From Dipteris shenzhenensis (lineage: Eukaryota), in NCBI GenBank assembly GCA_047967505.1, contig CM106538.1: 64,000 bases of DNA. One strand, written 5' to 3'. Position numbers and translations under genes: made by a program. The notes below the pieces were generated by a model. That model made no database searches. It saw only the letters and a list, made by a program, of their open reading frames with translations, and was not told the DNA's origin. Shown here one piece after another: positions 12,496 to 25,000 of the stretch (position 1 is the first letter of the stretch; every line of letters starts with the position of its first letter).

Positions 12496-14556
12496 GTATG
12501 AAGGTCTCCATCTCTACAGAAAGTGAAAGTTGAGTTGCTGTTTGATAATGCTCTTATGAATATGTTTGATGAAATGCCCCCTTTGATCTGTAAGAGCAGG
12601 TAGTTCTGTCTGTGAAGTTCCATCTTTATATGTGCAGCTATAAACCTGTAATAGCTCTTCCCTTATTCCAAGATTGTCAAGCTGTTCCAGGCCAGTTCAA
12701 CTCCATACACCAAAAATCAGTTTCAGGTTTATGGGGGTACAGCAGCAGCGTTCTGCAAAAGTACTGGCCAAAACAGAGAGGCACAAGAATGCCATCGAAT
12801 TTTCAATCTCCTAACTGAATAGCCCCGAATGAGGATGAGAACAGCGTTCTACATACGTTCCTGAGGGATGTGCTGTTGTGACTGTTGATATAAGAATGGT
12901 GCCATCCATGGTTGGCAGGCTCCAATGTAGCAACTTTGGCCAGGTTGCCAAAGCTTATCCCCATTTCTTCATTTGTCCCATAAGGGAGGGGATAGAGAAT
13001 GCCTTGAGCATCATCTGGCCTGTCAGACTTGCAAAATAGGCTATTGTGGGTAAAAATGATGCAGTTCTTGGGTCCTATAGGCTAGTGTTTGATGCCCTCT
13101 CCCATGGATATGTCCCCTGACTATCCTCTTCTTACACGCTCGACCCAAGTCCCCCTTGCCTATGCAGTCCTACCTAGTGTTCCAAGCTAGGAACCCAACC
13201 TTTGTGCCTCCACTCCCAGAGGTTATGGCTTGTCCCTCCCTCCACCCATTTCTGCCATCACCATGGCACCTCCTCCAAGCCATCTTCTCCTCTCCCTCTT
13301 TATGCTCCCACTACTCAGCCACCAAAGATTACTCCTCTTGCGTTTTTGCTACCTCCTCCCTTGTTTGTTCCCGCTAGCACGTAACTGTCCCCCCCATCAT
13401 GACCCCTAGCTCCCTCTGACTCGTCAGATTGGTCTTTACTTTCTCCGTCTTGGGCTTTAAAACCTGCAGATCCTTGCCTTTGGACATAGGATGATATCTT
13501 AATCTAGGATATCCTTTCCTTCAATATTTATTGTGCTTGGCTCCTTGGAACTACTTGATGGTTTCCCCCTACCTACCATAATCTGGTGGAAGTAACAATT
13601 ATCATGCTTCATGTGGGTAAGAGAGGTTTGGACATTGCGGTGCCACATTGTATCCGTAGCTTTCTTCCAGAGAGACAGACATAATTGGTCTCTTTGGGAT
13701 ATTTCATTATGTCATGAACCATGTCAACCATTGTCTTGTACAAGAAGTCTAGCCAGTTGATCACTCTGATGAGGATGCCTTCAGTCCCAAGTTGGGGTAA
13801 TATTCTACCTAATATATGGGTGGATGAGATTTCACCAATTCATGGGTGGGTCAAGGCTTAGTCATCTTGTGGATTGGATCATCTGCTTCTTGCAGCCTTG
13901 GACTTTTGAGAACAGGCTGCTCCTATGGATGGCTCCATGTCCTTCCATTGCTGAACCCCACATGGGGTCCCTTGAGCTTCTTTCAGAATTCAGAAGGTCA
14001 ATGCCTCCTTAGTAACCCTGAGCTCTCAATGAGTGCCCCTTTTCTCTCATGAGTTGGGCAGTTCCATCAAGAGTCGCAAGTCTATCATGGTTCTACTGTT
14101 GATATTTGGATGCTTCAAGAGCATATGTTGTTCCCACCGAGTCATGGTAGTGAGCCTCCATGTGTCCCTTGAGATCTTTGACCAAGGCAAGTTGTTATTG
14201 GTTGAGCTATTTGGATTGGGATTCAGGTTAAAGATTGTTATAGGGGATCTGGAATGCCATTCATTTTGTACAAGGATGACATGAAGTCTTGTACATGGTG
14301 ACTAGAAGAGACCATTTTAAGGGACGAAGAGACTGTGTCCAAGGGATGACACATGACTTGTGGTACAATGATGACTTCAGATGACTAGACAGCTTCAGTG
14401 ATGACCTCTTGTACACACTAGTGACTACGTAACTTCTTGACCTATAACACGACATTTAGAGGTGATGACTGACAAGCTTGCTCACATTTGAGGTGATTTG
14501 GCTCCAAGACCACTTGTTCGAGCCACCATCTGAACAGATATACAATGATATGGTTT

Positions 14557-14714
14557 TGTAGGATAGACTAGGACTATTCTATTTTGTGTGTGAGTACTTA
14601 CTATATATACCAAGTACTTGTACTTCATTCAATTGAAAATTTCAGTTGGAGTTTCACTTGTGTTCACTTCTTGTTCTCTTGTGTTCACAATCCATCTCCA
14701 TTCTTATTCCTACA
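14557..14714 (+). repeat. 5' LTR of copia A (158 bp)
   Basis: 7-bp perfect inverted termini, directly followed by the PBS. Confidence 0.8.
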
Positions 14715-15790
14715 TGTGGTATTAGAGCTAGTTGATCCAGCCCACCTGCTTTCCGCTCTCCCGCGTGCTCCCGTCGCACTTCTGTCATGGAGAAGAAGGT
14801 TCTGTTGCTGGGTGACTACTCTTCAGCTCACCCACATCTTTTGAAAGCTCCCTTGAGCTCATTCAGCTGCTCCTTGCCCTTTCAGCCCACCAACAGCATC
14901 CGTACATCCGTACAATTCGCACAACTATACAAAATCCGTACAATCCGCACAATTGTACAGCCTGCCATCAACATCCGTACAATCGTACAAAATCCGTACA
15001 GTGTGTACGGCTGCTACTTGCCTGTCGTCGTACAATCGTGCACAGCCAGCTCCCTGCTCCTATACCAGCTCATTGCCTCTGCAGCCCAGACCTGCGTACC
15101 TGCCTCGGCTTATTGCCTCTTCTTGCAAATTGTATTGCATAGGTGTCTTGCAGATTGCATTGCACAGGTCTTGTGTATTTTGAAGCCAAGTGTTTGCCGG
15201 AGGTTTATGCACATTTTGGATTTCTATTGAGCAAAAAACTGCTACTATCGCATTGTTAGCCAGTGTTTGGCTGAGATTCAAGCTAATTTTGGGACAGAAG
15301 TACATTGCAATTCGAGCCAATGTTTGGCATTGTATTTTGAGCTAGTGTTTGGCCGTGATTGAGGACTATTTTTGGGGCAGAAATACATTGCTTTATTGCA
15401 TTTTTTATCCTGGAAGGGATTGTGTTTTGGGCAGATTCTCTGCTATTTCAGAGCAGCCACTGTCAGTGTATGCCATTGCAGTGATTGCGTAGCAATTAGT
15501 TGCCTTTCAGCTGCACTTTATTTGCAGGTACATTTTCCCTCATTCTTGAGCTTGCAATCATGTCTCTCAATGAGAAATTTGGTACCATGACTGAGGCAAA
15601 TAAGTTGGATGGACCCAACTATGCTTTGTGGTAATTTATGCTCAATAATATTTTGGTTGGCAAAGGCTTATGGGACATCATGAATGGTGATGAGACAAGA
15701 CCCTATAGATCTAGCACGAGTGCATCTTCCACTACCACTCAGGCTTCTACTACCACTAGCATGGAGGATTAGAAGAGGTTTGATCACAGG

Positions 15791-16098
15791 CAATGGAGGC
15801 CAGTATATAAACTGATACTATACACACACTGATGGCCCTCTGGGCAAGCATGCAGGGATCCTCCAGAGCAGCTACAGCCAGGAGAGATACGTTTTTCAGA
15901 GTTTGGAGAGGATCTCCTTTCTTCTCTGAGACTATTCTAGGGTTGAGGTGGCATTTTCAGCCTCCACCTTGGATTTTTGTCAGCTCTTTCTTAGCTGTTT
16001 TTTTCTTCATGCATGTCATGATGTACTCCCGCATTTGAGCTTGCTCTTGCGGCTTTCATTTATACTTAATGAAGTCATCTTTTTTGAAAAAAGAAGAG
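15791..16098 (+). mobile_element. 5'-truncated L1 inserted in copia A gag
   Basis: Family 3' end and A-rich tail; TSD GAGGTTTGATC(A/G)CAGG at 15775-15790 and 16099-16114. Confidence 0.9.
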
Positions 16099-17719
16099 GA
16101 GGTTTGATCGCAGGGATGCCCAAGCTTTGTCTTTGATTGCATTATCAGTGAAGACGCACATTAAGTAAACCATTAAGTCGTGCAAGCATGCAAAAAATAC
16201 TTGGGACAAGTTGAAAAGTCTGCGGAATGTCAAGAATGAAGCAAGAAACATTGCTTTGAACAATAAGCTCAATGACGTGTCCATGCGGGAAGTTCAAACT
16301 GTTTCAGAGCACGTTGCTAAGATTACTGACATTCGAGATGAGCTCGCAGCCATTGATGAGGACATAGAAGACAAGAAATTGGTCTCTATCACCCTCAACA
16401 GCCTGGCTCCATCATATGGCACATTTGTCACCTCCTTGACCATCATGCTTAGGGCTGCTCCTCTCTCGTTTGATGAGTTAGTTAACTTGCTATTACAGGA
16501 AGAAACGAGGACTTCCAATGCTGCTGGTTCCTTTAGTCAGGGTGAGCAAGCAATTGCCACACATGGAAAGGGTAGATTTCAGCCTACAGGAGGTCATTTT
16601 AAAAAAAAAACCAGCCATGCCTATCAGCCCAAGAAGGATGGAAATGCAAGCACAAATGCAGGGAATGCAAACAAAGGTGCAAAGGTGAAGAAAGGCAGAT
16701 GCAATTATTGCAAGAAGCCTGGTCATAACATTGCAAAGTGCAAGTAATGGATTGCCAATGAGAAAAAGAGGCAATGCACAAGCACTAATTATGTTGCACC
16801 AGCTGAGAATGCAAATGCTCCACCATCTCATGCAAATAGAGGGAAATGATTTTGTATTTACTGCATTTCAGGACAGATTTGGTGCCAGGGGGGATTCAGT
16901 TGCATATGGTGCTTCTCATGCTTCATTTGGTGATTGTGCTTCTCATGCTTCATTTGGTGATTCTTCATTTGCTGCCAGTATCTAGATAGTGGTGCATCGA
17001 AGCACATGACTCACAGGAAAGAGTGGTTTGAAGAAATCAAACCTGTTCATGGCAGACAGGTTACTTGTGCGAATGATGCATCTCAGGGCATCATAGGAGT
17101 GGGAGATGTTCCCATCCTTCTGGATTCAGGAAAGAAAAAGCATATCCGTGATGTCTAACTTGAGGAAAAATCTCATTTCAGTTCCATCCATTGCCCATGA
17201 TCAGCACATGCTTGTGGAATTTCAGAAACGACCCAAAGAAAGGGTATGAGATTGTGGCTACAGGCACTTATGAGGCCAACATGGGTTCTTACAAGCTTGA
17301 TGCTCAGCCCTATAATGAACATGCTTTGGCTGTCTCATATGCCCCTGGTGATTTATGGCATGCCAGATTTGGTCATCCGCATCACAGAGCTTTGGCATAC
17401 ATGCATAATCATAATGTGGTTGAAGGTTTGCCAAAATTACAGCAGCCCGCTCAAGAGGTGTGTGAAGGGTGTGGACTTGGAAAGCCGCATCGCCTACCTT
17501 TCAAAAAGGATGGCCCGAAAAACCAAAAATTGGCTGCTGCTGCTCCCCGCTCCTCCTCTCCCCCCCTCCTCTCTCCTCCCCTCCCTCTCTCCTCTTGGCT
17601 CCTCCCCCTCCCTGCTGTCCCCTTTCCTTCTCTCCCTCCCCCTTGCTGCCCTCCCTCTCCCCCCTTTCAGCTCCCCCCTTCTTCAACATCCCTCCTCCTT
17701 CAACCTACCCCCTTCTTCT

Positions 17720-20700
17720 GACTTGCCCGTTACCTATGGCTCCGATTCCGACGCCCCTCCACACGCGACCTCTTTATTGCAGTTTGCTACTTTCCTCTTG
17801 AGACGTCACATTTCGCACGGATGCTTTGTGAGGATACGGGGGTATCCCCCTATCTAGATCTCTACTCAAACATTGTGGAGTTCTCCAGATGCAGAGAGGT
17901 CTTCCTAGTTGGGGATTTCAACGCAAGGACAGGTGCACATTAGACATCACTCCTGGACTTCCACTCAGATCCGGTCCTATTACCTGAGATGGACACAGAG
18001 GACTCGGGCTTCCCCCGCTCCTCGGCTGACAGTCGCGCTCCCATTACTGGGTATGGGCAGGCTCTTTTGGACCTTGGACGTATACATGATCTGGTCATAT
18101 ACAATGGACTAGACCGGTGGCCTGCCTCCTTTGGTTTCACATGTTTCCCACATGGCGGAGGAGCCAGTGTCGTCGACTACATTCTGGAATCTCCTGCTTT
18201 AGCCCCACATATCACTGACTTCCGCACTGCACCTTTACCCCCAGGAGCCGATCACACTTACCTGTTCTTTCATATCCTTGCGCCCCGAGCCCCTCCCAGC
18301 CACACCCCGCACTACACTACCTATTATGATATACACTTCGATCATAACCTCTCACGTGATTACTCAGCCCACCTAGCCTCCCTCCTCAGACACATAGACA
18401 CCATACCCTCTCTAGATCACTGAGCCACCCTTATCACCCACTCCCTTCACAATGCAGCCCGCCACATCTTTCCTTCCACTACTCGGTCCACCCGCCCTCC
18501 ACCCGCTGGCTCCACCCCTTGCAACAGCTGGTATGATGACGAGTGCAAAGCATTAAGCCGCACACTCCGACTCACGACCCAGCGAAACGCTAGGGCCAAC
18601 CCACGTCTCACCAGGGATTATCGTCGACTAGTCCGTCGCAAGAAGCTAGCCTTCCTGCGCCAGAATGAGGATACGCTACTGAACATTCTGTTTAGTAGCA
18701 ACTTCAAGGATTTCTGGAGGAAATTCCTAGAACGCCGATCCCCCTACCCCCTCACAGACACTTCCCTCTGGCACACCTACGCACGCACACTCTATGATAT
18801 CCCTGATCAGCATCCTCCCGACCTCTCAGCCACCCCCCGTCCCACTTCTTGTATCCTCTTTACAACCCAGGGAGTCACCCACGCAGCGCATAAGCTTCAT
18901 AACGGTCGAGCTAAGGATCATGAGGGCCTATGCACAGAGTTTGTTGCCTATGGCATCAAAACTCTAGCCCCCATCCTGGCAACGCTGTTCAATGAAGCTG
19001 TCTGCCACGAGTTCCCCAGAGCCTGGACCCTGAACACTATCACACCCATCCACAAAGCAGAAGATCCCATGGATCCAGGGAATTACAGGGCCATCATGGT
19101 TGGACATGTTATGTCCAAGATCTATGCATCAGTGTTAGATGGCGAGGTCAGTGCTCGCGCAGAGGTACAGGGGCTCAGGGCATCCGGACAGGCCGGCTTC
19201 AGGGCGAATCACTCGACTTATGATCACATTTTTACACTTAGAGGGATCATTGAGGAGGCCAGACACAGGAGACAGAGAGTATATTGTTGCTTTGTGGATT
19301 TCTGCAAGGCATTCGACACCGTTCCCCGCGCCCGACTCGGTGATTATCTGGGTAGTAGTAGGCTATGACTCGGTGATTATCTGGGCAGTAGTAGCTCTCT
19401 ATGAGCGGGTGACGGGGCAGGTCAGGATTGGCACCAGCTGGACCCCAGAGATCACGAGCACTATTGGAGTCAAACAAGGATGTCCCTTGTCACCGACTCT
19501 ATTTGGCCTCTACATCGATGAGCTCGAGACCACCATCAGGACACTGGGAGGTGCAGGTTGCTCTCTTGCGGAGGCTGTTATCCAGATTCTCCTATACGCA
19601 GACGATGTAGTACTACTATCCTCTTCTGCTACTGGTCTTCAGCGACACTTGAATGGACTTCAGGTCTTCTGTGATACACATGACTTGAAGGTCAACCTTG
19701 GGAAAACCAAGGTGATGATCTTCAACACTTCCAGACCCGCTATGCACCGAGAGCAGTTCCTCTTCGCCGCCGACCCTGTTGAGATAGTTGACTCTTACAC
19801 ATACTTGGGCGTTGTCTTCTTAGGCCCGATCTTCATGATGTGTCCGGCCATGCAGGCCAGGATCAGCCGGGGATACGCCGCTCTTGCCAGGCTAGAGCGA
19901 CAGTGCTACCACTCCCACTTCCAGGACCCGCGGACCAAGTCTCTCCTTTTTTATTCTTTGGTCCGCCCAGCAGGCATATACGGTACCCCTTGGTGGGGAG
20001 TCGACCTTTCAGACACAGAGTGGGCTTGAGTCGAGCGCCTACAGATACTGATGTTTGCTCGGATGATCCGAAGCGAACCATCGGTACCACACCAGATCAT
20101 TCTAGCAGAGTTTGGCGCCTCACCCCTACAGCTTGATGCGGCTTTTCAGGCTATCACCTATCTCCACAGAGTCAGGGATTTCAGCTTCTCCACCGACGGT
20201 CGCCTCCGCCTACCTTGGCTAGTCCTATCCTCCTCTATGGCCTTATCCGTTGATGGGGACCAGTGATGCTAGTATAGTTGTCTTTCCAGTTGGTTCACCC
20301 GACTGGGCCTCGACTTAGACCGGTTGCCTCCTTTTCAGTACAGCCTCGACGCTCCACCATCTCCCCTCTGCCCCACTGACCAGGAGGTCAACCGGCTCAT
20401 TTGAGCGGATGTGCTCTAGCTCCACACCTGGCGGACATGGTTTCTTCACTCCGAGCTTCCTGTGAAGCTCGACTTCTACCGCCGACACTGCCTCCAGATC
20501 TCACAGGAGGGCTTCATCACACCTCCGAGTTACACACAGCTTCATCTAGCACATGCGCTCCGGATCTCCCTCGGTCAGTTTAGGGTCTCGTCACACCGAT
20601 TACGGATCGAGAGCAGACGCGCAGAGGGTATCCCACGAGAGAACCGCCTTTGTCCACTTTGTGACTTGCAGGAGATCGAGTCGGAGGAGCACTTTGCTTT

Positions 20701-22090
20701 CAGATGTCCTATCTATTATGCCATTCGAGGCTGGTACCACTGCCTCTTCCGCGACGGATTCGGCTCCCTCCCACACATGCTGCAGTTCTCGGATCAGCGA
20801 TGCCTAGCCGCTTTCTTACATGAGATGACTCGCCACCGAGATACCTCTCTCCGAGCACGGCGACACGAGCAGCACACATAGCGTAAGGACACCCAGCGGC
20901 CTATCACTGACTTCTTCCAGTCACAGGATACCTCTTCTCAGTCTAGCCGGAAGAGTGTGTTGACTTTCTTGTGGTTGTAAAGTTTAAGTTTAGTCCTCAA
21001 CTCTATCCAAAGTAAAATATATTGGAATTATTATGGAGAACACTATATAATACAATAATTTTATTTATTGGATTTCAAGTTGCACTTATGTATGAGACAA
21101 AATAAACCTTCTAGGATCATGTTACAGTGTCTAGTTTGGATCTTTGACTTTCTTCTGGTTGTAGAGTGCAAGTTTAGTGCTCATCCTTATCCAATGTACC
21201 TTCCATTGAAATTCATTATGGAGAGCACTATATAATACAATAATTTTATAAAACTGGATCATAAATTACAGTCTTTAGTTTTGATCTTTGACTTTCTTAT
21301 GGCTATAAAGTAGAAGGTGAGTGCTTTGCTTCATCCAATGTAGAGCCCATTGAAATTATTAGGGAGATCACTATATAAGACAATAATTTTATAAACTAGA
21401 TTTCAAGTTATGAGACAAAGCACCCGTCTAGATCATGTTATAGTGTTTAGTTTAGAGCTTATGGCTCTAAAGCATACGTTGAGTATTCAATTTTATCAAT
21501 CATGGAGCCGACTAGGGAGAGCACAATATAATAAGATAATTTTATAAATTGGATGTCAAGTAGCATTGTGTGTAAGACGCGGACGTGAGCGAGAGCCAGA
21601 GCCACGATAGCTGCGCCAGTGGACAGACTCACATCCAGGTCCATGACATCTTGTCTCTGCTCTCTGCCCGCGCCACCGGGGTTACCGTTGGCCTCATCCA
21701 TAGGGCCACCGGCCGCCCCCGACGACCGAGCTCGACTAGGCCGCGTGACGTCAGAGGCCAATCATCTATCGCAGGATTTTTTCCGACCTCCCATTTGACG
21801 GCCTCTCTATGATTGGTCTCTGACGATCACCACCTGCACATGTACACTGTATCTCCCCCCTCTGCCCCATTTTTGGTGCCCCCCCCTTCTTTTTTGTATC
21901 ATCTGGAGGTAGACACATATTTTTTGTATCAGGACTAGACACACAGTCCTTCATAACCTCTTTTTTGTAGAAACGGTTGGCTGGCCCGTTTTGAGACCGC
22001 CACCATTATGCTCATTGTATCAGTTATCTTTAGTCCCATAGACCTTCACGATCTCCCGAAGACTTTAATAAACTTTCTTTCTTTCTTTCT
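17720..22090 (+). mobile_element. 5'-truncated RTEX-like non-LTR retrotransposon inserted in the L1 5' UTR
   Basis: APE (LVGDFNART, VVDY, ADH); RT (NYRAI, QAGFR, GVKQGCPLSPTLF, LLYADD); C-terminal RVSSHRLRIE…CPLC…EEHF…CPIY; AATAAA at 22067 then a (CTTT)4 tail. Clade call is from motif memory. Confidence 0.8.
20961..21573. repeat. AT-rich diverged tandem repeat (about 4 units of 140-185 bp) inserted in the RTEX-like element
   Basis: Units start near 20960, 21144, 21288 and 21459 and share a GGAGAnCACwATATAA…ATAATTTTAT core; GTGTGT direct repeats at 20955-20960 and 21568-21573. Confidence 0.8.
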
Positions 22091-25000
22091 CTCTCCTCTC
22101 TCCCTCTTTCCTTCACCCTCTCCCTTCAGGTGTACCCTTGTTTTTTTGGGGGTCTCCTGGGCATCAGGAAAGCGGACAGAGTTTTTTTTGGTGTTTGAGT
22201 CGGCCTTCGCCACCTCGATTGACGAATGGGCACCCATTCAGTCAATCCGTTACCGCACACACCCATCACATTTTCAAAAGACGAGCTGCAGCAAATGCAA
22301 AAGGACTTCGAGCATGAGTGTTCCACGACTCTCTTCGCACGCATCTTTGGTTCACACCCCTCCAAATCACAGGCTAGAGATTGGATGCTTGCGGGGCTTT
22401 CCCAGGAGCTCGCCTCCCACCTTAAGGATGTTCGTTTTTTGGGACGAGGCTTCTTTCAGGTATGCCTAGATTCCCCGGACATCACGAGAGACTTGCTACA
22501 GGTTGGGTTTCTACTTCTAGGCTACAAGAGGATCTTTTTGTTTCCCTTTCAATTGGGCTTTGACCCAGTTGAAGAGGGCAAGTAGGGAGTTTCTGTTTTC
22601 ATAAGGTTCCCTGGTCTCCCCTCAGTTTATCACCAGCTTCTTTCAGTTATTGGCGAGAGGTTTGGTATGGTAGCAGAAACCCCCCCTCTTCCTGGCGAGC
22701 CCTCTTCAGCTGCTGAGGCGGTCTGGATGGATGGGATACTCAGGGTTAGGGTCATTGTCTAGGACTCTAATATTTCAGATGACCACATCATGCTACAGCG
22801 ACCCGATGGGTCATTCTTCCGTCAGAGATTTGAGGTTGCAGGTCGGCAGGATTAGTGCAAGATTTGCAGATCCTCGGGGCACTTCGCTAGAGATTGCCCA
22901 AAAAGAAAAAGAGGCCCAAAAAGCAACCAGCTCGTACTAGCTTACGACAGAGAGCAGGAGCAGGACCTACCGCTCCACAAGCACTGCCTCAGACACGGGT
23001 TCCCCCTCCTCCTAGGGTTGCTCGAGTCCCTCCTGCGCCCCGCACCACATTTGGCCCACGGTGGGTTATGCCTTGGAGGCTATCCCCTTGGAGCCTCGGG
23101 AGGGTAACGCCTTGGAGCCTAGTGTTCAGGAGCCTTCTTCCACTCCACATCAGGATCAGGCTGTACCTCCCTCCATAGCCCAGGTTGTCACCTCGTTCAC
23201 AACACTTCTTGATAAGGACCCAGTACAGTTGCCTCCTTCCGTGGATAGACGGAAGGGGGTCTTACATTCTCTCCCTGCTTCGGTAGGAATCCTTCGGACC
23301 CCCTCCCCAGGACTGGCTCAACGGAAGTCCTTTTCTGCTCTTGAGGACCTCTTTGACCTCCCAGATGATGATTTTGTACCTTCCACTTTCGGAGAGCCAG
23401 TTATCGGCATCCCTATTGAGAGATCTTTCTCTCTCTCACCTGTGGACTTTCCTCCCCATGGACCTCGTGTGTATGGAAGGAGGTTAGCTCCGTAGGATGC
23501 AGATGCCTATCCATGCTCAAATTGATAGATTCTATGTGGATGACTGGGCTCTTGATAGAGGGGGGACATTTTGCATTGCACCTGGTGTTCCCACCTCCGA
23601 CCATTCTCTGGTAGTTTTGTCTATCTCAGAGCCCCATCTAAGAGGACGGTCTCCCAGTGTCAGGATTCCCGATGCCTTATACACAGATGAGACTGTCACA
23701 GAGGCAGTCTTGGAGATCTGGGTTTCTCACATGCAAGGGGGGTGGCCGCTCCTTCACATGTGGCCATAGCACTTGCCAGTATTAGCGGCTTTTATCAGTG
23801 CTAGGCGAGGTGAGGTACTTAGGCGGGAGATTGGTATCCGTCGGCAGTTGGCGGCCTTGCAGAGGGAGGAGCAGAGACGACCATCAGATGCTTGGATAAA
23901 GGAGCGCCTTGCTGCAGCAAGGGCTCACTTGCAGACATTGCTTGATTAGAGAGCAGAGTTTGCCTTCCATGCACGGGAGTCCTTTTGGATACAAATGGGA
24001 GGGAGAGTCAATAAACACTTTTTCTCTACACTTGGTCCCAGACATAGTAGAGAGAGTGTTAGGTAGCTTATTGACTCTGACGGCGTTTTGTAGTCTCATC
24101 CGGTTACCGTCATGCACTTAGCGATAGATGTTTTTGCCTACCTTCTTTCAGCAGATCCTCACACATAGGCCAGAGGTGTGGCTAGAGATGTAGTTTGGCA
24201 GAGTTTACCTGTGTTGGCACACTAGAGATGATATGCTCACTTGATGCTCACCTTACCAACACAGAGTTCATGACTGCTCTCTCCGCCCTTCATAAGGGCA
24301 AGTGCCTTGGTTTCGATGGTCTTACTCCATCGTTTTTTACAGCCTTTTGGGATATGATAGGTGATCATATTACTTCAGCCTTGCAGGGCATTTGGGACTT
24401 GGGTGAGATGCCTGACTCACTGACTGAGGGACTCATACACCTTATCTCAAAAGGTGGCAACATGAATTTTGCATCCCATTGGAGACCCATCACTCTTTTG
24501 GGCACTGTATACAAAATCCTTGCCAAGGCGATCAACATCCGATTGCAGCCCCTTCTTCCAGACCTCATCCATGATACTCAGACAGGCTTTGTGCATGGCA
24601 GGAGCATATTTGATAATATTTTTTCCTTTTGGGAAGCCATAGAGTGGGCTATGTAGAGCAGATAGAGGCTGGCAGTTCTACTCTTGGACTTTGAGAAAGC
24701 CTATGACATAGTAGATTGGGGTTTTCTTCAGGGCACTCTTCTACGATTTGGAATTTCAGATGCATGGATTAGAGGGGTGGCCTCCCTTTCTAGATCAGCC
24801 CACAGCTAGGTTTTGATTGGAGGGATAAGGCGTGACACGTTTCAGATTTCGAGATCAGTTCGTCAGGGATGCCCTTTAGCCCCCTTCCTCTTTCTTTTTG
24901 TGGCAGAAGCTATGAGTATCCTCCTTAGATCTCAGGCTGATCTATATGGGCTGAGATTGCTTTTGAGACAAGAGCAGGAGCTTCTTGACTGTGAGTTGGC

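Noticed and set aside
12850-14556. Possible pol half of the gypsy relic at 50215-53800
   Set aside because: No reliable RT or integrase motif could be read; left unannotated.
17191-17857. Pro/Ser/Leu-rich ORFs as novel proteins
   Set aside because: They are read-through from copia A into the CT-rich L1 5' UTR, which lacks stop codons by composition.
20960-21573. Regularly spaced repeats as a CRISPR array
   Set aside because: Whole units are homologous with no unique spacers, there are no cas genes, and the context is eukaryotic.
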